From the NCBI RefSeq assembly GCF_001447785.1, contig NW_015161972.1, positions 162,030-226,029 on the forward strand: 64,000 bases of DNA, written 5' to 3'. Numbering within the stretch: the stretch's first letter is position 1; every line of letters starts with the position of its first letter. The position numbers were made by a program, and so were the translations under genes. Positions 1 to 12,355 of this stretch are shown in pieces. The stretch comes from Gekko japonicus (taxonomy: Eukaryota). Below the pieces are notes generated by a model. It was given only the letters and a program-made list of their open reading frames with translations, was not told where the DNA came from and did not search any database.

Positions 1-1026
1 GGATGATACGAAGTTGTTCAGGGTGGTGAAAACCAGTGAGGATTGTGAGGCACTCCAAAGGGATCTGTCAAAGATGGGCGAGTGGGCGTCAACATGGCAA
101 ATGGGGTTCAATGTGGCCAAGTGCAAGGTGATGCACATTGGAGCCAAAAATCCTAAATATAAATACACATTGATGGGGTCTGAACTGGCAGAGACAGATC
201 AAGAGAGAGATCTTGGAGTTGTAGTAGATAACTCACTGAAAATGTCGAGACAGTGTGTGACTGCAATAAAGAAGGCCAATGCTATGCTGGGGATTATTAG
301 GAAGGGTATTGAAAACAGATCAGCCAATATAATAATGCCCCTATATAAATCAATGGTGAGACCTCATTTGGAATACTGTGTGCAGTTCTGGGCACCACAC
401 CTTAAAAAGGATATTATAGCTTTGGAAAAAGTGCAGAAAAGGGCAACTCGAATGATAAAAGGGTTGGAACACTTTCCCTATGAGGAAAGGTTAAAGCGCT
501 TAGGGCTCTTTAGCTTGGAGAAACGACGACTGAGGGGTGACATGATTGAGGTTTATAAGATTATGCATGGGAAAGAGCAGGTAGAGAAAGAGGTACTTTT
601 CTCCCTTTCTCACAATACAAGAACCCGTGGGCACTCCATGAAATTGCTGAGCGGTCGGGTTAGAACGGATAAAAGGAAGTACTTCTTCACCCAAAGAGTG
701 ATTAACACATGGAATTCACTGCCACAGGAAGTGGTGGGTGCTACAAGCATGGACGGCTTCAAAAGGGAATTAGATAAGCATATGGAGCAGAGGTCCATCA
801 GTGGCTATTAGCCACAAGGTATAGCTAGGGGCTCTGGGGCAAGTGATGCTCTGTCTTCTTGGTGCTTGGGGGGGGGGTCAACAGTGGGAGGGCTTCTAAT
901 GTCCTGGCCCCACTGCTGGACCTCCTGATGGCACTGGTATTTCTGGCCACTGTGTGACACAGAGTGTTGGACTGGATGGGCCTTTGGCCTGATCCAACAT
1001 TGGCGTCTCTTATGTTCTCTCTTATG
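1..1026 (+). mobile_element. CR1 LINE, 3' part (ORF2 RT C-terminus, 3'UTR and tail), cut by the window edge
   Basis: Begins at the (A)DDTKLF RT motif. ORF 14..811 has CR1 motifs (LQRDL..W...WQM.FN..KCKVMH.G, ERDLGV, LYKSMVRPHLEYCVQFW, LEKRRLRGDMIEVYK, FFTQRVIN.WNSLP) and ends SISGY*. It is followed by the 3'UTR and a TTATGTTC-type tail at ~1010-1026. Confidence 0.95.
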
Positions 1027-1854
1027 GTCCACATGGTAGGTTGAAAAGAATAAGAAATTGTCACTGTTTACCCTGGTTCTGTATAGCTTTCTGTAACCAT
1101 CATTTCTATATATCAGGATAGTGTAGGGTGATTAAGAGAATGAGATATAGATGAAACAACAATATTATGTGCTTCAGTTGCCCAGTGCATTTGTGAGTTT
1201 GGTTTACTTAAAATGACTACCTTTTCCTGTGAACTGGGGGGGATGGACAGTTGAATGCTTCCAAAAATGTAAGAGACTTTGTGCAGGTATCACTTTGGTG
1301 TGAAATTACACGAGTTGTTCATGGCTAATATTGACAATTAAGTTGTCCGTTGGAGAAAAATGCTCTTGATGCTTACAGTAACCTCTCCATAATCTCCTAT
1401 GCAAGCAGCTTTCCCCTGATCTGATACTTTCTTTGTTTCTGCATTTATTGATTGACTTATTTATGTACTGTATTTAAAGTCTTTCTCACTGAGCCTCTAG
1501 GTAGATTATGCAGTGTAAATTAAAGCAATCAATGGGATGAGACACCAAATAAACAATGCAATAGAATTAGAATTACAGAAATCTGAATCAAAGCATAGCA
1601 TATCAGACATGATATGTCAAACAATGCAGAAAATAGTATTACGTAAGTAGAATACAGTGTTGTGAGAATAATAATATATATAGCAAACAGGTAATACATA
1701 ATTTACACAGTGGAATAGTCCACAGTCCTTTTATTAAAAAAATGTCTTTGTGAACCGTTCTGTTATAATGTAGCCTTATTGCCTTTTAAAAAATGCACTC
1801 CTGAGCAATTCTGTTTGACATAGTTTGCAGAATGGCAGAACTGTGCAAGCCACA

Positions 1855-3025
1855 TGTTAGCCAAATTGCCTTAATTTATTAATAACAGTGGGGAATAAGA
1901 ATATTAAATGGCAATAGGCTTAATTATGGGACCAATAACCTGTGTATACGGGGGTCCAGCTTGTCCACAAGACTAGATCTTAAAATATAGTGATTTCTTT
2001 ACTATGATTCTCACACGCATACAATAAAAATAAAACATCACACACTTGATACGGAACTAGGTTAGATACAGAGGTACAGCAACAGTTGCATTAGCAGGAA
2101 GATATCATTGATGGGGGCAATACTTTACCTGTCCGATGCGATGAGGTGATCCTGCAGCAAAAATAGGGAAAATACTAGGGAAGGGGTCGTGTGTTGGCCA
2201 GCAACGCATGTGGGAGACTCCAAACAGTGCTAAGAATGGAGCCAGCAAGGTAGGGTGGGGTCAGGTAGGTAGGGAGAGAAAGAGAGAGCACAATGGCAAG
2301 ATGCTCTTTTTATACCCTAAAATGACTGGGAAGGGGATGCTTCACCAGTCACATAGTCCTCAGGAAATCTAGAAAAATCCAGTTACTAATGGTCAGGAGA
2401 CAACTGAGAGAATAGGATTAATGGTTGGGCAATTGCAATGATATTCAGCTAATGGTGACACCTTTGGAGAGACAAAAGAAAGAAAAGAGTAGTAATGTTG
2501 CCACTCCATGAATGGTCGTTAGTTGTGACGGCCCAATGGTCAACAGCTGTGTTATCAGGATGGGTGGTGGGTAGATGTGGCAGCTGCTTAATCTTCTCAT
2601 GGAGGAAGTCCTTTTGTTTTTGATGAAGAGTACATGCAACCTCTGGCACAGGTGGGGGGGGAAGGTGCTTGCGTGATGGAGAGGAAGCCTTTCTTTGGAG
2701 TCTTTGCCGGAACGCTCAGGCTTCCTTTGCAGATCATGGCTCCTTCTTAGTGAACTGCTGCTGGTTTCTGTATACTTGTGGTGTCAGGGAGGTTGGTTTG
2801 CTTCCTGCAGGGATGCGGGGTGAAAGGCATCGGGCATTTCATGGGTCCACGTCTGGATTGGCACACTGCTTCAGGGCAAGGCTTCCCTCCGCTGGGCATA
2901 TGCCTACATTCCAGGAGGTTGGCACCATCTTCTGGCTATCGCACAGTCCAATACCCTGATACACTTATTGTACAGTTATAGTCCATGGCCTTATAGATGC
3001 TGTGCAAGGCTCTTGCAGGGCAACA
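1855..3025 (-). mobile_element. Solo LTR (Gypsy/ERV type), about 1.17 kb
   Basis: TGTTAGCC...GGGCAACA termini (TG..CA, imperfect inverted ends) with a 4-bp CACA target duplication on both sides. Minus-strand TATAAAAA at 2307-2314 and AATAAA at 1875-1880. Confidence 0.7.
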
Positions 3026-3334
3026 CACAAACAGTCTATTTATTTATTCATTTGCTTGTTTGTTTAGACTTTTAGACTGATCAGGTCGGTTTACAACAGG
3101 ATGAGAACAATAGATAATTTAGATTAAGTTACCATAATAAAACTATACAAAACCTCAGATGTCGATTGCTATCTGCTTTCAGTTCATAAAAAGCTTTGCA
3201 CACTACTAAATAGGCATAAGAGGGCTAGTAGAGTGGAGCAGTTAAAAGTTTTTGGTGATGTCTCCTGTTCTAATCTAGCCTTGTCATTAATTCACTCTTT
3301 ATCTTTAGACAGTCCCATCTACAGCAAGACAAAA

Positions 3335-3784
3335 GTCAGTTCTTGAAAGAGCTCTCTCAGCCCCACCTACCTCACAGGGTGTCTGTTGTGGGGAGGGGAG
3401 GGTTGCCAAGTCAATTTTTCTTACCGGCGGGGGAGCCTCGTTGGGCTCCAGGAGCCGTCCGTCGATGTGCGCGCGCACCGCCAGCACATCACCGGAAGTG
3501 ACGCGCAACGTCGATCACTTTGAAGGTGTGGCCACGCCCCCAATGTGATTGACGTGGTTGTGTCACCTCTGGTGACGCAGCCACGCTGCGCTTTGGGGGG
3601 CAGAGTTCCCTGCGGGGCCCGATTCCGTGATGGTGGGAATCGGGCCTCCCAAGTGGGGGTTTACCCGCCACCCGCCCCCACTTGGCAGCCCTAGGGGAGG
3701 GGGAGGGAAAGGAGTTTGTAAGCCGCTCTGAGACTCCGAGTGAAGGGCAGGGTATAAATCCAATCTCTTCTTCTTCTTCTCTTC
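3335..3784 (+). mobile_element. tRNA-derived SINE (Squam3-like), 5'-truncated, interrupted by a MITE
   Basis: CTCTCAGCCCCACCTACCTCACAGGGTGTCTGTTGTG core and GTAAGCCGCTCTGAGACTCC...GGTATAAATCCAATC 3' end with a (TTC)n tail. Reverse complement of the copy at 22951-23232. Confidence 0.85.
3398..3693. mobile_element. hAT (Blackjack-like) MITE, CpG-rich family A
   Basis: TIRs (G)AGGGTTGCCAAGT / ACTTGGCAGCCCTA and an 8-bp TSD GGGGAGGG. Homologous to 57062-57367 in the opposite orientation. Confidence 0.85.
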
Positions 3785-3944
3785 TAATATCAGTCTATTG
3801 AACAATGTTATTATAAGTATGAGACAATATGTATGTATGTGCTTTTAACATGTGGTGTATAATGCTAAGTTTTATTATTATCGTTAATAATAAATAATAA
3901 CATATAGATAGACAGAAAAACATGCAATTCTGGAGGGGCATCCC

Positions 3945-4052
3945 AATTAGTCTACTTCAGCCAAAACAACAAAGAATTTTGTGGCACCTTAGAAACTGAG
4001 AAACTTATAATAGCAAAGGCTTTTGTGAGTTACAGCTCTCTCTTTCCAGTAT
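3945..4052 (-). mobile_element. Penelope-like element terminal remnant
   Basis: GTGGCACCTTAGAAACT...GCTTTTGTGAGTTACAGCTC resembles the reptile PLE pLTR motif also seen at 6920-7002. Confidence 0.45.
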
Positions 4053-5938
4053 CTGTTTTATGCTTCAGTGGTCTAGATGTCCGTAAAGAGAGCTGGGAGG
4101 TTTTAGAACTTTTATGTGGGAGCCATCTTTCTTTGATTTCATATTAATTTTGTTTAATCCATGTTCCTAAAGAAATATGTGAATCTTAATTCCTGTGTTC
4201 TTTCCGTTGTGGTGATTATAATACATAAGAGATGTACTTCCTCTTGTATCTCTGAAACAGCTTTACAGCTATTGTTTTAATGTGTGGGTTCCAGAAGAAA
4301 TCCCATTAGAAAGAAAAAGTCAGTATTCCCCCCACTAATCCAGTGCTTTGTTTCAATGGAACCCATTTTACGTTGTATAATGTTGAAAGTTATTATTTTC
4401 CCAGCTGGCTTGAAAAGCGGCAACAAAGAAAGAACTGCTGCAGAGAAGGGCTTGGATTGTAACAGGGGAGTGACATCTGCTCTCCTTCACAGCCTCTATA
4501 CTTTCGAGATCTTAATGCATGCCTAGTTGTATTCACAAGGTTAGCACTTTGATGATCTAGATGCCTGAAAAGAGATTTGGGAATCTCCAGCTGTTAACAA
4601 TGAAACGAGTTTTTAAAACTTTGCGGTGGAAGCAAAATAGGCATCTCCCTTTGATTCATATTAATTTGATTTAATCCACTTTTCCTAATTCCATCTGCCC
4701 TTTCATGCGCTGCATAGCTATAAAGCAAGCTGAATGCCTTTAGAACTGAATGAAGGACGGTATTATCAGTGTAGAATAACACTGGTAAGAGTGGATCAGA
4801 AGCCACGTGAATTGATAATCTACGCTGGTAGAATTTAGTATACAATCATGTAATTCAGAAATTATTTTAGTGCATACCATTGTTTAAAGAATTTTAGCAT
4901 AGTGTTATAAGTTCTACTTTGTTCATGATACCATAAAATAAAATACTGTAGTATTTTAGTGTTTATGTAGCACTTTTCTTGCATGTGCCGTGTGCTTCAC
5001 ATATATTATGTAACTAAATAAATTATATGAAACAACAGATTACACCTAACAATTAATACTCAGCAATCAATTGTGACTCGAAACCCTTACTGTTTTAAGT
5101 CTGATTGCAAGGAGTGGATTAGCAGATCTGTTCTCAACCAGAAGACTTTCCCATAATGCCTTACTGCAAGTAGCATGTGAGCTTCATTGTCAAGATTCTT
5201 TATCATATTGCATAATAGTTCATGATGAACTGCTATTAGCTACTGTGGTGTTTTATAATATAAACACTGTCCATAGGGATTAACAGTAGTGTCATAAAAT
5301 TGGCATGAGGCCTAGGGCATCAATCCAGTATACAGTTATAAATTTTGTTTTATGTAATTTCTGCTGGTATCAACATAGTTTATGTGCTGCAGTGTAATGG
5401 TTTCTAGTTTCTTCTTTTTAAATTCCTAATTTAAGTATGGGAATCAACATTAAACAATATGATTGCAAGTTATGCAACTATGACTGCACTCCTGCTTTGT
5501 TAAAATCAATGGATTCTATTGTTTTCTATAGAGGCAGCATTTTACCCTCAGTATTTTCATTGTGTGTATGTAATGATCCAGTCATATGCACTGATGTCCT
5601 ATTTCCCTGAGTGCCAGGGCAGGGGTCAGACACAATGTCCATCCAACAAGCAAAATATCACAGCCAGTGGCAGTGCCACAACAATCCCTAAGACAATATT
5701 ATTATCATCTGGACACCTCAGGGCAACTGAACCAGCAGAGATTCCCTCCACGTAGCATGTTCTAGCCAGGAGACAAGAATATTGGGTGGCTTGTTAACAA
5801 TATAAAATCTAAAGGACTATTAGAAAGCTTGCTAAGTAATACTAATAGCACAAACCTTGGTTCCGTTAACATGTTGTACAAATGCACTGTGCTAAGGCAC
5901 TCTTGCAAGTTCTACTTTCTGGGTGTAAAAAGTGAATT

Positions 5939-6253
5939 CATGGAATTCACTGCCATAGGAAGTGGTGGCGGCTAAAAGCATGGACGGCTTCAAAAGGGAA
6001 TTAGATAAGCATATGGAACAGAGGTCCATCAGTGGCTATTAGCCACTAGGTATAACTAGGGACTCTGGGGCAAGTGATGCTCTGTCTTCTTGGTGCTTGG
6101 GGGGGGTCAACAGTGGGAGGGCTTCTAATGTCCTGGCCCCAGTGGTGGACCTCCTGATGGCACCTGATGGTATTTTTGGCCACTGTGTGACAGAGTGTTG
6201 GACAGGATGGGCCTTTGGCCTCATCCAACATTGGCGTCTCTTATGTTCTTATG
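5939..6253 (+). mobile_element. CR1 LINE 3' fragment
   Basis: Closely matches 708-1026 (WNSLP...SISGY*, 3'UTR, TTATGTTCTTATG tail). Confidence 0.93.
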
Positions 6254-6919
6254 TACTTTAGTTATAGCAGTACTGGTGCCACTAATGCTAAAGCAGGTTT
6301 ATAGAATTGGGATACAAACACACCTTTCTTGTTTATTGTGCTATTAAAACGTTCTGTGGTTTATATTTGTATGCTAAAACAGAACACATTTAGTGTAGTC
6401 ATAATAAGTCCAAGAGTAGATTGTTGTCACTTAAAAAAGAATCTAGAGAGAATTACTTAGCTGAATTGATAAAATACATTTTTTCCTGTATTCTCTACTT
6501 ATTTATGCTCTAACACCCACAAATTCAGCTCATGTCTGGCTTGCCAATCATGAGCAGGGAGCTGACCATTTGGCAAGTTGTTTGGATGCGTGTATGATTA
6601 TGACTGATTTAATTCATGATTAGACTTTCTCACCACTACCAATGCCCCCCCCCATCTCTCTCCTGCTGCCTGTAGTTTTGAAAAAGACATACCGGGGGGG
6701 GTGTTTCAGATTTTTGAGCTGAGACTTACTACTTAGTGTTTCTATGTGCTTCAAATGCTGCCCATGAATGTACCTAATCTTGCAGTCACATCTTCAGTTC
6801 ATAGCAGTGACTGTATGGGTGTAAAAAGCAATCAGTGTTGATATCCATTATTTAAAGGACTTTGACTTTGCAGGGGCAAAAAAAAGGGTTGAACTGCAAG
6901 TTATCCCATGTTTTGTACA

Positions 6920-7002
6920 ACCAAAGTCCAGCAGCACCTTAAAGACTACCTACATTTATTTCAGCATGAGCTTTTGTGTATCACTGTTTGCTTCTTCTGA
7001 TA
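6920..7002 (-). mobile_element. Penelope-like element terminal remnant
   Basis: GTCCAGCAGCACCTTAAAGACT..ATTTATT..CATGAGCTTTTGTG...GCTTCTTCTGAT matches the recalled reptile PLE pLTR pattern. Confidence 0.5.
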
Positions 7003-9224
7003 TGTGTGGAAATCAAACTGAGAATCCGTTTTATGGGGAAAGGTTAGGTTAGAATTAATTTTTCTGTTGTAGTGATACAACCAGCATTAGTCCCATACTT
7101 ATTTATGCTAGTGACAACACTTGTGTCACAAGAAACATGAAGAGGCTAGGGTTAGGCTTGGTGGTAGCAATAATTAGAAAAATGTATTCATTAAAATACA
7201 AAAACCTTACAGCTGAAAAATGAGTCTGGCTCCTAAACTTTGCAGCTGGCTCTATCAAGCCAAAGAAAAATGGTCAAGGCCTGATTTATACAACTGGATA
7301 AAAGCAGCTGCAAGCTGCAACAATCAAGTGGCAACGGTGCAGATGCAAAAGTGCTGAGCATGAAACTGTGCTTGTGATAAACTTTGCCAGAGAACTTTGA
7401 GGTGTACAGATCAGGAACTCACTTGCATATAATCAAGGGAAGTAGAACAAGGTTTGTTCACCTGGCAACTGTATTTGTGTTGAAGTTCACAATGTACCTT
7501 GAAATTATCTATAGAGTTAAAATATTCTCAGCTGCACTTCTGGATTGTGTGTCTTTTGGAAACTAATCTATTGAAATCTCCATTGGATCACGTCATTAGA
7601 GAAAGGCAATGAAAATCAATAACATACATGAAAGTATTAAATGGGGGGGGGAATGAGGCTGTATTTTTCATGAGCTATTTACATATCATTAGTTCTGCTA
7701 ACAACTGTCATTTTGAACTGGAAAACACAAGCTAACAAATATTGAACCTGTTTTACAATAGTCCATGTGGGCCCAAAGAACATTTTGGATTAGCTATGCA
7801 TCATGGTAATCCATATTTGTCTTTTTGTTGTGGTGGTGAGTTCACAGTCTGTTGCATTTTCAGATGCTATCCATGGCCTTAATTTCATTTTTCTCTTTAT
7901 CTTAATTTGGTTGCTAAAAATAGAGGACAAAAGCTTTTATGGAATTAGGACTGACATGTGAAGAGGAATCTGTCCAAATGGCTGACAGGTCTTTAGGTCC
8001 TAATACTTCTTCTTTTTTAATAGAAAGGGATGGATGAACCTGACTGAGAGGATTTGCATCCCAACATTGGGAAGAAATTTACACAATAACTGCTGCCTGA
8101 TTCTTTGTTTTATTTTTTTTCATCCTCACAACTATTTTATTCTCTTGAAATACAATATAAGCCATTGAATGAAGAAAGCTTTTATTATTTTGATTTACAT
8201 AAGATATTTTCATCTTGCTGGTAGTGAAGGTTGCTCTAGATCACACTGGTATGTCACACTAATTTTCTCCTTTAATTGTTCCTACAAAAAGCAGTCACTC
8301 AATTTAGTTATCCTCTTAAAAAGCAGCTGAAAGCTAGCCAGCAATATAACCTGGTTCAAAGTCCCTGACTGAAGTCAGTTGCAAGTTTTTTTAAATTATA
8401 ACTTTATGTTATATATCTTTAGTTCTGCATACACTGTGCACCGACAGTAATATTTAAGATTTGACAGCATTTGCTGTGGTATAAAACTATAAGCAAACAT
8501 AGATTATTAAATCCTATTGTATGCTTTTGTCTTGCTGCTTATAGTAGTTCTGAAACTTTTGGAAGTAGCCTTTCAGCCAATAAATTCAAAGCATGCAAAT
8601 TAATTAAGGGAAATGAATGATTGGTTGGCCAGTGTACGGAAGAAGGAATGCTGGAACAAAGTCAAATAAGCAGGGGTTCCTTCACAGGACAGAAAACTAC
8701 TTTAGATCACTCTTAACACATTTGTGTCAGTGAACTTTTATAGTATTTAGTCAAGTGATTCACATGAACTAGCATTCATTAAGGACTAGTAAAATGTAAC
8801 TTTTCATTAGTGGTTAATAACTGCTAATCTATAATAGGTAGACAGACAGACAGATAGATAGATAGATTCAATTTATACCCCGCCCTCCCTGCGAAGGCAG
8901 GTTTAGGACAGCTTACACAACATTTCATTAAAATACAGTTAAAAGCTTACACATCATGTCATTAAAATACAGTTAAAACCTATATAAACATATAACCATA
9001 TAACATAAATAGCAATCAATTGTCAAATAAAACAAGAGCAAAATTATTTCTAATATGGCTTAGGTGACCATATGATTCCCATAAATTTCATACCAGCTCA
9101 GTTTGCTTATTTATTATGTAGCGGGCACAGGCTAGAGACAATGATGGTAAAGTCAGGGTGGGCTGGAGGTGAAAGATGGTAAAGATGGTAAAGCCAGGGC
9201 ACAGGGACACGGTGTATGATGCGG

Positions 9225-10282
9225 TGTCAGACTGCAGCAATCAGTTTCCAACAGCTTTCATTCAAAGAAGTAAAGTTTATTGGAACATTGAGAGTACAGA
9301 GTTATCTTTAACACTTTGGGTGCGTTCAGACGGAGCATTTAAGCCGGTATAGAAGCTGGTTAGAAACGGAGTACTTACGCGCAATCACACGCACAACATC
9401 TGCCTCCCATCCCTAACCGTCGCCAACCATCACAAACACCCCTTAAACCAGTGTAGTTTGCTACTAGGTCCCCAAGTGGTCTTTTCCTGAGTGCTCCGGT
9501 TCTAGCTGCATTTTCCCCATCTGATCACTCTCCGCCGGTGCAGAGCCACTTCCGTTCGGAAGCCCGAGGCTTCCGCTTTTCATCCTCCTTTTTTTTTTAA
9601 TCGTAGGCAATGTGCGCTTGGGCGAAGCTTCGCCTCGGCATTAGTAAAAGCAAACTTTAAACGATGCCCAGTTTCAGCCCTCAGATGAGTCCGGGTCCTC
9701 ACCGAGGATTTCGATGTCAAAGTTTAAAGGGAAGTCTTCGCTTCAGGGCATGCTTTTCGGGCTACGGTGTTATGCGCATGCACAAAGATCTCAATTATAT
9801 GAAAGATTACCTATGCACATGCGTAAACTGTGTAGACATTTTTTTTAAATGCCGACGCGCGCTGCTGAGTGCCTGAACTGTGGATGCCGGGGAGCGATGT
9901 GCTGTGTAGTGAGAGGTGAGTGTGATCGCGCTTCCCCCGAATCAAATTCATCCAGTTGGAACCGGAGCGTTTTACAGCGCTCCCAGCCCACTGTCTGACC
10001 GCACTCTTTCAGTTTTAGAACTAGCCTAAAGCGTGCAAAGCAAGCAGATATACATTATTCAAAAGGGTCCCCGGATGGCTCAGGTCCAATCAGAGGCCAG
10101 GTAGAAACCCACCAAAGTAACGGGCAATTATTCTCAGGAGAAAAGAACACCAGATACTCAAGGTCAGATGCTTCAGTTACATAGATAAGGTAAGACTGGG
10201 AATACAACAGAAATGAAAATTAAAATTCCAGAATCTCCCCTCACACCCATGGCAGCTAGAACAGCCAGAGGCCTAGCTGACA
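9225..10282 (-). mobile_element. Solo LTR inserted in the L2 3' region
   Basis: TGTCAG...CTGACA inverted termini, a 5-bp TSD TGCGG/TGCAG (one CpG-type change), and minus-strand AATAAA near 9276-9281. Confidence 0.6.
9318..10006. mobile_element. PIF/Harbinger-like MITE nested in the solo LTR
   Basis: TIRs GGGTGCGTTCAGACGG / CTGTCTGACCGCACTC, 3-bp TTT flanks, CpG-rich interior. Same terminus type as 20260-20916. Confidence 0.75.
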
Positions 10283-11633
10283 TGCAGCTCCTTAGTCAAG
10301 CACCTGGTGGAAGAGCTCTGTTTTGCAGAACCGGGAGCTCATTCCACCGGGATGGAGCCACCACTAAGAAGGCCCTGGCCCTGGTTGTTGCCAGCCTGGC
10401 ATCCTTAGGGCCTGGAAGGGCCAACCGATTTTGCGTCCCTGAATACAGTGCTCTCTGGGAAACGTGGGGAAAGGCGATCCCTTAGGTATGCTGGACCCTG
10501 ATCATATATGGCTTTAAAGGTTAAAACCAGCACCTTGAAACACAACTGGTATGCACTGCCTTCAGTACAGTCTGGATGTGCTCCCACATAGGGATACCCA
10601 TCAACAGCCTGGTCGCCGCATTCTGCACTAGTCGCAGCTTCCGGATTTGAGACAAGGGCAGCCCCATGTAGAGAGTGTTACAGTAGTTCAGTCTCAAGGT
10701 GACCATGGCATGGATCACTGTTGTCAAGTTGTTGCATTCGAGGAAGGGAACCAACTGCCTAATCAGCTGAAGATAATAAAAGGCTGACCTGGCAGTGGCT
10801 GCTACTTGGGCCTCTATAGTTAAGGAAGCATCCAAGAGCATTCCCAAATTCCTAACCTCTGACTCTGGCACCAGCTGTGCCCCATTGAAGGTTGGGAGTG
10901 GGATCCCTACCCCTGGACCACCCCGACTCAGGCACTGGACCTCCGCCTTCGTCGGCTTCAATTTCAATCGACTCAGTCTAAGCCAACCAGCCACAGCTTG
11001 CAATGCCCGGTCCAGATCTTCTGGTGTAGAGTCAGACTGGCTACCCAACAACAGATAGAGCTGGGTGTGATCCACATACTGATGACACCCAAGCACATGC
11101 CTTTGGGCAATGTAGATGTTAAATAACAACAGGGAAAGTACTGCCCTTTGGGGATGCCTTTAGGACAGCTGTTCCCCTAGTACCACCCTTTGTCCCCAAC
11201 CCTGAAGAAAGGATGCAAGCCATTGTAAGGCAAGCCCCTGAACTCTGGTGTTGGTGAGGCAGTGGATCAGTAGCTGATGGTCAACCATGTCAAACGCTAC
11301 CGACAGGTCTAACAACAGCAGCACTGCCAATCCGCCTCGATCCAGATGCCTCCGAAGGTGACCAGTGCTGTCTCCATCCCGTGTCCCAGACAGAAGCTGG
11401 ACTGGAATGGGTGTAGGATGGAAGCATCCTCCAAAAAGCTCTGTAACTGGACTGCCACAGCCTTCTCAATTAACTTGCGCAAATAGGACAAGTTGGAATA
11501 TATAGATATATATATGGGAATAAAAATGCATTACCATGGTAATCACCTCTAATATGCTCGACCTTTCTCGGGCTTCCTCAAACCCCCACCATTGCACATC
11601 AGAATAATGTCATACACAAAACAACAACACTAT

Positions 11634-12014
11634 GGTTGGATCCTACCATTTTGCTAGCTAAGTGCAGAGCTTTCTTCTGGCACAAGGTCATTTCTGTGCA
11701 TGAAAGGGGAAGCAATTTATAGTGATTCCTTCTTCCCATGGCACACTTTTAACTACCTCCTGTTGCTGTTCTTTGGGATCCCCTATACTCCAAGAGCAAC
11801 ATTGGGGGGGCATTTTGGGCTGCAACAGGAGGAAGGAGGCAAGAAAGTCACACTCCATGGGCAGAAACCCTTCCACCCACAGAGCTTTTCAGCAGAATCC
11901 AGGTGATAATCTTCCTCTGGAGAAAGAGCTTCTTGTACTGGAAGATGGCTATTATTTATTATTTCATCAGAGAAAGACATCAGCCTGAACTAAGTGGAAA
12001 GGTAGGATTCAACC
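11634..12014. mobile_element. Old palindromic MITE (GGTTGGATCC terminus family, Harbinger-like)
   Basis: GGTTGGATCCTACC ... GGTAGGATTCAACC inverted ends, related to the termini at 37513, 45660 and 58825. Confidence 0.55.
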
Positions 12015-12122
12015 CAGGGTGTTGAGAATTCAACAAGTCATGTTATATAATACATTTCATGGTGCAGTCCTATGCAGAGTTACTCCACACTGATTTAATT
12101 GGGCTTAAGCCGCATGGTGAAG

Positions 12123-12355
12123 AGGCAGCATGGTGTAGTGGTTAGACTGTTGGAACAGGATCTGGGAGACCCAGGTTCAAATCCCCACTCTGCCATGGAA
12201 GCTTGCTGGGTGACCTTGGGCCAGCCACACGCTCTCAGCCTAACCTACCTCACAGTAGGTGAGGATAAAACTGAGGAGAGGAGAATGATCTAAGCTGTTT
12301 TAGGTCCCTATTGGGAAGAAAGGTGGCATATAAATAAAGTAAATAAATAAATAAA
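12123..12355 (+). mobile_element. tRNA-derived SINE (Squam3/MIR-like)
   Basis: A box TGGTGTAGTGG, B box GGTTCAAATCC, CTCAGCCTAACCTACCTCACAG core and (TAAA)n tail. It sits inside a short GCAGTCCT...AGGATTGC palindromic element. Confidence 0.85.

Larger units (their letters stand above)
8839..11498 (-). mobile_element. Degraded L2 LINE (RT C-half plus 3'UTR) hosting a nested LTR and MITE
   Basis: Minus-strand ORFs 11309-11491, 10521-11129 and 10405-10587 carry L2 RT motifs (HPFQS.F..GHG.ETALV, LFNIY, YVDHTQLY, VRNLG..LD, LRLVQNAATRLL, FKVLVLTFKA). The L2 3' end and microsatellite tail are at 8839-8920. Confidence 0.88.

Noticed and set aside
12123-12200. tRNA genes here and at 23160-23232 and 23325-23400
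   Set aside because: The A/B boxes belong to SINE heads followed by SINE bodies and tails. No cloverleaf.
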